Notes under the pieces: generated by a model | Databases searched by the model: none | What the model was told of the DNA's origin: nothing | The model's input: only the letters and a program-made list of their open reading frames with translations | Made by a program: the position numbers and the translations under genes | Shown here: one piece after another, positions 1-5,639 of the stretch | How the letters are laid out: every line of letters begins with the position of its first letter | How positions within the stretch are numbered: position 1 is the stretch's first letter | Source of the DNA: Octopus sinensis | Lineage: Eukaryota | DNA length: 5,639 bases | Assembly (NCBI RefSeq): GCF_006345805.1 | Contig: NW_021829581.1 | Location: 1-5,639 of the forward strand | Direction: 5' to 3'

Positions 1-142
1 TCAACTCGGTTCTTAATTTATCGATTCCGAAAGGATGGAAAACAAAGTCGACCTCGGCGGAATTGGAACTCGGAACGTTATGACAGACGAAACGCCGCTA
101 AGCATTTTCTCCGATGTGCTGACGTTTCTGCCAGCTCGCTGC
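1..142 (-). mobile_element. tRNA-derived SINE, 5' part (continues beyond window start); octopus-type family
   Basis: Minus strand reads GCAGCGAGCTGGCAGAAACGTCAGCAC...GAGTTCCAATTCCGCCGAGGTCGACTTTG...CATCCTTTCGGAATCGATAAATTAAGAACC, with A-box-like TGGCAGAAACG and B-box-like GAGTTCCAATTCC. It aligns with 1400-1439 and 5484-5580 in this window. Family assignment is from recall, not a search. Confidence 0.88.
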
Positions 143-146
143 ATTG

Positions 147-185
147 ATAATAATAATAATACAAATGATAACTACAACAACAATA
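147..185. repeat. (TAA)n/(CAA)n microsatellite
   Basis: ataataataataatac...acaacaacaata, directly 5' of the minus-strand SINE head. Confidence 0.8.
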
Positions 186-192
186 CCAGTTG

Positions 193-526
193 TATAGATG
201 TATAGATATAGCACACATATATATACAAGACGTACGCACTGTCGCTTACAAAAACAGGCAGACACACACACGCACGCTCACACCCAACCAGAACACAAGC
301 GCGTGTACACACACACACACATACACACAAATATACATATAAGCAGATACATACATACATACATACATATATATCTGCACGCACACGTTCATATGCACTT
401 ATATATGTGTAAATACACACATCCATACACCCCCCCCCATATATATATATATATATATACACTTATATAAGCGTGTATGAATCGGCACAGATGTGTGTGT
501 GTGTATGTACGTGTGTGTGTGTGTGT
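193..526. repeat. Compound (CA)n/(TACA)n/(TA)n/(GT)n low-complexity tract
   Basis: Visible CA, TACA and TA runs, a C-run near 429-438, and GT runs at ~492-526. Confidence 0.9.
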
Positions 527-1091
527 ATTTTGTTTATAGATTTTATTTTATTTCTCACGTTTCTCTCCTGCAGAGAACCCAAGTCCTTTCCGATCATAAC
601 CATCCCCCCCCAAAAAAAAACCACCACCATTTATTGATAATCCATATTTTACTTCATTCAAGAAGAACAATACGTCTCTCAGATCTTTTTTAACCACCCT
701 ACTTCCTTGATAAACTTCGCCCTTTTCACACTCTAGAATGTTTCTTTCGAATATATCCTTCTACGCTCCAGAAAGATCTTTTCTTAAATCTATATTTACT
801 TTCCTCTCATCATGTCTTCTTGTTGTCTTCGAGTATGTTATCCATTTAGCGTTCGACTTTTGTTACCGAACAGTTTGTTTGCATCAATTTGGAAAGCATC
901 GCAACGTATATTCTGATCTTTCTTAGAATAACAATCCTTTATCTCCGTTCGTAATCTATGATAACGGTCTATTTGTTCTGCCTTGCGTTGCATCAGTCTA
1001 CTTCTTTCGTATTTCCAAGACTCCAATGAATAAAAAAAAATGGTGGAAAAGGTATGAAAAAGGTGTTTGTTTTACAAACTAAATGTTGAAG

Positions 1092-1109
1092 CATCATCAT
1101 CATCATCAT
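1092..1109. repeat. (CAT)6 microsatellite
   Basis: catcatcatcatcatcat. Confidence 0.9.
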
Positions 1110-1168
1110 TCGCTTTAACTGGTAAATAATTCGGTATTAACGGTTAGATCGAAGTAGATAAGCTACGC

Positions 1169-1186
1169 ATTATTATTATTATTATT

Positions 1187-1227
<41 letters not shown>

Positions 1228-1355
1228 TATTATTATTATTATTATTGTTGTTGTTGTTGTTGTTGTTATTATCATTATAATCATCATCATCATCATCATC
1301 ATTATTGTTATTATTATTATTATTAATATTATTATTATTATTATCATTATTATTA

Positions 1356-1392
<37 letters not shown>

Positions 1393-1396
1393 CATT
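1169..1396. repeat. Compound trinucleotide microsatellite (ATT)/(ATC)/(GTT)
   Basis: About 228 bp of in-phase ATT, ATC and GTT blocks. It explains the poly-I/M and poly-N/D ORFs. Confidence 0.97.
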
Positions 1397-1399
1397 GAC

Positions 1400-1439
1400 G
1401 TGACGAGGTGGCAGAATTGTTAGCACGTCGGGTGAAATG
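1400..1439 (+). mobile_element. SINE 5' head fragment (same family as 1-142)
   Basis: GTGACGAGGTGGCAGAATTGTTAGCACGTCGGGTGAAATG aligns ungapped at 29/40 with the reverse complement of 103-142. Similarity stops abruptly after AAATG. Confidence 0.75.
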
Positions 1440-1502
1440 TAAAGAAGGTATATTATAAATAGCAAATATTATTAAGTAAGAAAATGGATAGATTTAATGG
1501 AT

Positions 1503-1814
1503 ATAAATTAATTTATTAACATTTTTGATAAGGCCTACAATTGTTTCAATTCATACTCAATGCAATTTATAAACCCATACAATAACATAAGTTTGCATTT
1601 TGAATATTTAGAGAAAACTACCTGTTGATTAATTGAGATTATCCAACAGACTATGTAGATGAATTGATCAACATGTAGTTTTCTCATATCTGAAGATATT
1701 TTAGTCTAAATATTCAAAACGCAAACTTATTTTATTCTATATGTTTGTAATTTGTATTGAGTGTGAATCGAAACGTTTGTAGGCCTTATTAAAAATGTTA
1801 AAAAATTAATTTAT
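1503..1814. repeat. Long imperfect palindrome / fold-back (MITE-like)
   Basis: 1503-1612 vs the reverse complement of 1705-1814 is 96/110 ungapped. 1611-1634 vs the reverse complement of 1662-1685 is 22/24. The loop is 27 nt (1635-1661), and the right arm has extra sequence at 1686-1704. Confidence 0.95.
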
Positions 1815-1880
1815 CTATATACTACTAAAACTCTCTGATTGCTTGCTTGCTTGTCTGTCATTTAATTCAGCCAAACTAGC

Positions 1881-2065
1881 GCATAATGGCAAAATACTAT
1901 GAATTAAGGTACCCCTGAAATGGGAATACAAACGGAATAAAATAAGTTTCGCGTAAATCGGACCAGGGATTCCTGAGATATGGTGGGGTTTGGGGATATC
2001 CATAAATACCCAAAACGGTGCATAATGGGAAAATACTCCGAAAATAACATAACCCCGAAAGGGAA
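1881..2065 (+). repeat. Diverged direct repeat pair, 139-bp offset
   Basis: GCATAATGG(C/G)AAAATACT at 1881-1898 and 2020-2037 (17/18), each followed by ACCCC(T)GAAA(T)GGGAA ending at 1926 and 2065. Confidence 0.8.
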
Positions 2066-2250
2066 GAAACTTCAACATTTCGATTAGAGACATGATCAAT
2101 GCCTTCTGTATTTTATAGACAGACTTCACGACCTTGGGCAAAAGTCTTAGTGACTTTAACTTGCTAACGAAAAAAATGAGTTGTTTTTCCAGTAAATGTT
2201 TCTATTTTCGTTTTTGCTAAACTCAATATTTTAATCACTTAGAAATAGTT

Positions 2251-2305
2251 TTCAGTGAATGTGATTCCAAAAATATGTGATTCGGTGAAAGTAATTCCCA
2301 AAATA
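2251..2305 (+). repeat. Tandem duplication, 30-bp period
   Basis: TTCAGTGAATGTGATTCCAAAAATA (2251-2275) vs TTCGGTGAAAGTAATTCCCAAAATA (2281-2305), 21/25. Confidence 0.75.
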
Positions 2306-2333
2306 CAAGTTGTTTGTGCTGTATTTTTTTATT

Positions 2334-2420
2334 TTTTAGATTTGTTTAGACAGACAATATTTTTGATTTCTTTAAACAGACATTTTATATTTTAGATTTC
2401 TTTAAACAAACAATATTTTA
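2334..2420 (+). repeat. Minisatellite, 3 copies of a 26-30 bp unit
   Basis: Unit approximately TTTTAGATTTCTTTAAACAGACAATA, starting at 2334, 2360 and 2390. Confidence 0.85.
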
Positions 2421-2455
2421 ATTTTTTTTCTATTTTCTAAAAAAGTTATTTTCAA

Positions 2456-3066
2456 GGGTAAATATTTCGTAAAGGACCCGTTCGCACCTCAGTGTAAAAT
2501 AAATTTTTACCACATGTTTCTTCGAGTGCATTCAACGGTGGAGGAACGGTAGGGGCCAACGGAGTTTTTTTTCGGGGGTATTTTTTTTCCTGGTTATTTT
2601 GCATGATTTCAACGAATGTGACATCGAAATCACATGTAAACGGTTTCTTTCCCCAGAAAATGGAAAGATTTGGTTGCCATTTCTAGCACACCCTGCTACC
2701 CCGTAACAGTTATTTGAGATAACAGACCCGAAATAGCTGTTACGTGGTAGCGGGGCGTGTTAGAAATAGCAGCCAAATCTTTCCTTTTCTGGGGAAAGGA
2801 ACCGTTTATGCGTGATTTCGATGTCACATTCATTGTTGAAAAGCATGCGAAATAATATGGAAAAGAAAAAAAAATCCCTAAACAAGACTCCGTTGATGAG
2901 AAGCTCGGCGTTTTCCGAAATACTCCGAGGTCCCCACCACCCATCCCTCTTTCTTTTCCGGAAGAAAGTGGCTTGCGGTGAGTTTGGAAGTTAGATACGT
3001 TGAATGCACTCGAAAAACATTATTTCACACCAAAGTACGAACGGTTTCTTCACGAAAAATTTACCC
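2456..3066. mobile_element. 611-bp fold-back / MITE-like element with GGGTAAA...TTTACCC ends
   Basis: Outer arms 2456-2537 / 2998-3066 and inner arms 2557-2715 / 2731-2895, with a 15-nt loop. Includes a perfect 20-bp pair, 2614-2633 / 2812-2831. The inverted repeat is certain; the MITE interpretation is inferred and no clear TSD is seen. Confidence 0.8.
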
Positions 3067-3087
3067 AAGATCGGGACAGGTATGCAG

Positions 3088-3155
3088 ATAGAAGGATCTG
3101 TCATTGCAATGTATCCCACATCCTTCGCCCTGGTGTCATATTATCATCATCATCA

Positions 3156-3209
<54 letters not shown>
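3088..3209 (+). mobile_element. Short putative retroposed insertion with (CAT)/(TAT)n tail, flanked by a 10-bp direct repeat
   Basis: AGGTATGCAG occurs at 3078-3087 and 3210-3219. Between them are ~50 unique bp with a stem GAAGGAT/ATCCTTC (3091-3097 / 3120-3126) and then a trinucleotide tail. Confidence 0.5.
3139..3207. repeat. (CAT)n(TAT)n microsatellite
   Basis: Visible; gives the poly-S/L and poly-H/Y stretches in the ORF track. Confidence 0.97.
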
Positions 3210-3647
3210 AGGTATGCAGTAATATATATCTGGAAGATCCTGGAAGGAATTGTGTCAAAGTTTGGCATTGAAAGCTACACCAATGCCAGAACGGGACGAC
3301 TCTGCATAGTACCAAAGATCCCAGCAATGCCATCACGCTTCAGGACCAGTTACTGCAACAGTCTGGGTTTCAAGGGCCCACAGCTTTTTGATATTCTCCC
3401 AAAGAGTCTGAGGAACTTGCACAAAGTAGATGTAGGCGGGGGGGTTTAAATCAAAGCTGGACCTCTTCATGTCGAGAGTCTCAAATGAACCTACATCACG
3501 GAAAGAGGTGCAAATGAGGGTAGCTATATCAAACTCCATTCTTAAACCAAGTACCACATATTAGAGGAGGTTCTTCGTAATAACAGTGTAGCAAAACGGC
3601 GGTGCGTCAGCATGGCCGCAGCTCTGAGCTGAAACTAAAGAAAAGAA
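3210..3647 (+). mobile_element. 5'-truncated CR1-group LINE: ORF2 C-terminus (frameshifted) plus 3' UTR
   Basis: Translates RYAVIYIWKILEGIV...RTGRLC...SLGFKGPQLFDILPKSLRNL. After a frameshift in the G-run at 3438-3444 it continues FKSKLDLFMSRVSNEP...AISNSIL to a stop at 3562-3564. This fits the post-RT pattern RY.IIY.WKI..G / GP.LFN.LP / FK..LD of CR1-group ORF2. It may begin at ~3067. Exact clade is uncertain. Confidence 0.85.
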
Positions 3648-3697
3648 ATTATTTTATTATTATTTTTATTATTATTATATTATTATTATTATTATTA

Positions 3698-3728
<31 letters not shown>
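3648..3728. repeat. (ATT)n microsatellite between two LINE 3' ends
   Basis: Imperfect ATT run of about 80 bp. Confidence 0.95.
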
Positions 3729-3729
<1 letters not shown>

Positions 3730-4092
3730 GAAAACTCACAGCTTCTTTTGCTGGATATGATGGAAAAGTGTCAGCTGTCTACACCCAGCAGACAGAGGTG
3801 ACACTTGTTTTATTGGTCATGCTTCAAGAACCCCGCCAAGAATTCCTGCAGTTCCAAGCAATGCTGATTCTTGTAATTGTTCTACCTTCACATTTGCATC
3901 AATGTCTTTAAGCCACGTTGGTAGTCGAGTGCTGATACTTCCAAGTGCGCCAATTACTATTTCTATCACGTCTACTCTCTTCATTGACCACAACCTTCGT
4001 ATTTCCCCACTTCAAATCGTCATAGTTATTTAATTTTTCTTCTTCTTTCTCGTTGATCCTGCTGTCATCGGGACATGCTATGTCGATTATCC
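3729..4092 (-). mobile_element. 5'-truncated non-LTR retrotransposon with C-terminal restriction-like endonuclease (R4/Dong-like)
   Basis: Minus strand gives IIDIACPDDSRINEKEEEKLNNYDDLKW. After a frameshift at the C-run 4005-4008 it gives EIRRLWSMKRVDVIEIVIGALGSISTRLPTWLKDIDANVKVEQLQESALLGTAGILGGVLEA with a stop at 3819-3817. IID..P, EK...Y..L, IVIGALG and LQ..ALLGT are characteristic of the domain. An ~88-nt 3' UTR runs into (TAA)n. It is missing from the ORF track. Confidence 0.9.
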
Positions 4093-4098
4093 TGCTTA

Positions 4099-4100
4099 TT

Positions 4101-4152
<52 letters not shown>

Positions 4153-4194
4153 TTTTCGTTCTTTCTTTCGTTCTTTCTTTCTTTCTTTCTTTCT
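4099..4194. repeat. (TTTC)n microsatellite
   Basis: About 24 units with a few interruptions. Confidence 0.97.
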
Positions 4195-4516
4195 GTCACC
4201 ACAACAACATCCGGTTTCCGTAGCTTTGCTTCTTTCAATTTTTTTTCTATTTCTTACCGAGTGTCTTCCCAACACCTAAGGCCAAGAAACTCATTACAGC
4301 ATACCATTAGAGTAAACGCACCACAGCGTTCAGTTACAAAGTCATGTGATAGAAAAAAATAAATAAAAATAGAAACAAAAAACGAAAATAATGCTATCAG
4401 TTAATCACCGTTAAACAATGATTAACTGTATATTTCTCCATGCTCGTGAAATACGGTACAAATTTCAGCTGTGGAGTAATTAAACTTCTCATTAAGAGGA
4501 ATTGAGGCATGCAGTG

Positions 4517-4569
4517 GTATATAGATATATTAGATAGTATTATATATATATATATATATATTATATATA
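4517..4569. repeat. (TA)n-rich tract
   Basis: Visible TA run, purest at 4541-4569. Confidence 0.85.
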
Positions 4570-4740
4570 GGTGAGAAAGTTGGTGTGGTGTGAAAAGCTG
4601 AACGCGAAACCGGTCATTTCTTCAAAAACTATGTCATTGTATGAAAAAAATTTATAACATTCTTCAGACATAAGGACTCAAATAATATTTTTTAACCTTT
4701 TAAAACAAGCCTTCTGTAGTTTTTTCACTTTTTACTATTT

Positions 4741-4763
4741 TATATATATATATATATATATAG

Positions 4764-4821
<58 letters not shown>

Positions 4822-5016
4822 TGTATGTATGTATGTCTCTACAGAATATATATATACATATTCATAGTATAATATATGTGTGTGTTTGAATGTTGAATGT
4901 ATATGTATATATATTTACACATAGATATTTATATACACGTATAAACATATATATGTATGTCCACGTAAGTATATGTGTAAATACGTATCTATGTATATAT
5001 ATATATATATATATAT
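4741..5016. repeat. (TA)n, (TATG)n and degenerate TA/TG low-complexity tract
   Basis: (TA)n at 4741-4790, (TATG)n at ~4792-4836, then degenerate sequence to a (TA)n run at ~4994-5016. Confidence 0.9.
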
Positions 5017-5229
5017 AAAGATACAAATTGAGATAGAGGTTGTAAATGCAACCCTCCATGGGATAACATATATCCAATATACTGCTAGTGAAGTACCCAA
5101 CAAAGTTAATACATAAATGTTAATGATTGCGATGCAATCAATTCATTTACTGTATTATATGGGTAAAGGTAAAATGACTTACCACAAATTACTACTTATC
5201 TTGTATATATAAAGATATATACGTATGTG

Positions 5230-5420
5230 AAGGTACGTGGCTTAGTTAGGGTAGTGGTTAGTATGTTGCACACATGAGTGGGAGATTATGGTTTCGATTC
5301 TTGGACTGGCTGATGAGATGTGTCCTTGAACAAGAGACTCTATTTCACGCTGCCCCATTCCACTCAACTGGTGAAAATGAGTAACCCTGAAACAGACGGG
5401 CATCGCATCCAGGGAAGGGA
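5230..5420 (+). mobile_element. Second tRNA-derived SINE, diverged, with a CORE/Meta-like central domain
   Basis: A-box-like TGGCTTAGTTAGG at 5238-5250 and B-box-like GGTTTCGATTC at 5290-5300. These are followed by TGTGTCCTTGAACAAGAGACTCTATTTCAC, CCACTCAACTGGTGAAAATGAGTA and CCCTG...GCATC.CATCCAGGG, which recall conserved metazoan SINE central domains. The 3' end is approximate. Confidence 0.75.
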
Positions 5421-5483
5421 TACATACACCTTAGAACCCAGGGTAATTGATCAAATGAGGCTATGACTGCCGAGGCACCTTCG

Positions 5484-5639
5484 ATGCTTGACGGTATTTC
5501 GTCTGTCCTGAGTTCAAATTCCGCCGAAGTTGACTTTACCTTTCATCCATTCGGGGTCGATAAATTAAGAACCAGTTGCGTACTGGTGTTGATCTAATCG
5601 ATTGGCCCCCTCCCCAAAAATGTCGGGCCTTGAACCTAG
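5484..5639 (+). mobile_element. SINE body lacking its 5' head (same family as 1-142); probably continues beyond the window
   Basis: ATGCTTGACGGTATTTCGTCTGTC-CTGAGTTCAAATTCCGCCGAAGTTGACTTTACCTTTCATCCATTCGGGGTCGATAAATTAAGAACCAGTTG aligns with the reverse complement of 1-105, with an 8-nt gap. B-box GAGTTCAAATTCC is present. Confidence 0.88.

Larger units (their letters stand above)
1814..2420 (+). mobile_element. Possible non-autonomous Helitron-like element (3' boundary uncertain)
   Basis: Starts A|TCTATATACTACTAAAA followed by (GCTT)3/GTCT microsatellite, a layout typical of invertebrate non-autonomous Helitron 5' ends. It contains internal direct repeats. No clean hairpin plus CTAG 3' end was found. 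Confidence 0.35.

Noticed and set aside
172-693. ORFs 172-462, 198-470 and 493-693
   Set aside because: They are translations of CA/TA/GT microsatellites with no protein-like content.
1144-1465. Poly-I/M and poly-N/D ORFs
   Set aside because: They are stop-free frames of a trinucleotide microsatellite.
1684-1745. Hammerhead ribozyme-like CTGAAGA (1690-1696) followed by a short stem
   Set aside because: The required GAAA is AAAA, and no stem III with a UH cleavage site can be formed. At most it is a degenerate remnant.
2334-2420. Repeats as a CRISPR array
   Set aside because: The units are head-to-tail with no unique spacers, there are no cas genes, and the context is eukaryotic.
1815-2994. 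ORFs 1815-2141, 2696-2944 and 2812-2994 as a transposase or other proteins
   Set aside because: They are short, show no recognisable motifs, and lie within non-coding repeat or palindrome sequence.
3000-3449. 149-aa ORF with a poly-Leu, signal- or membrane-like stretch as a novel gene
   Set aside because: It is a chimera of a fold-back arm, a microsatellite and a frameshifted LINE ORF2 fragment, and it has no ATG at the listed start.
5052-5089. CTAGT at 5085-5089 as the 3' end of the Helitron-like element starting at 1814
   Set aside because: There is no convincing GC-rich subterminal hairpin, and the downstream flank does not resume the interrupted palindrome arm.
4075-5103. ORFs 4075-4362, 4862-5077 and 4915-5103
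   Set aside because: They derive from (TTTC)n and TA/TG low-complexity tracts.
5230-5305. tRNA gene
   Set aside because: A and B boxes are present but there is no convincing cloverleaf, and the sequence runs into a SINE central domain.

Overview
AT-rich, microsatellite-dense eukaryotic non-coding DNA (intronic or intergenic) with no intact gene. The SINE sequences resemble, from memory, octopus/coleoid tRNA-derived SINEs, so the host call is an inference. The window is a nest of transposon remnants. There are three pieces of one SINE family (1-142 minus; head 1400-1439; body 5484-5639) and a second tRNA-SINE (~5230-5420). There are two long fold-back palindromes (1503-1814 and 2456-3066) and a possible non-autonomous Helitron-like segment between them. 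A 3' fragment of a CR1-group LINE (+) and a 3' fragment of an R4/Dong-type restriction-like-endonuclease retrotransposon (-) lie tail-to-tail around one (ATT)n tract. Nearly all listed ORFs are artefacts of microsatellites or repeats. I see no demonstrable new biological system. The best leads are the two fold-backs, a SINE apparently split by about 4 kb, and a small insertion with a target-site duplication (TSD) inside the LINE. All alignments were done by hand.
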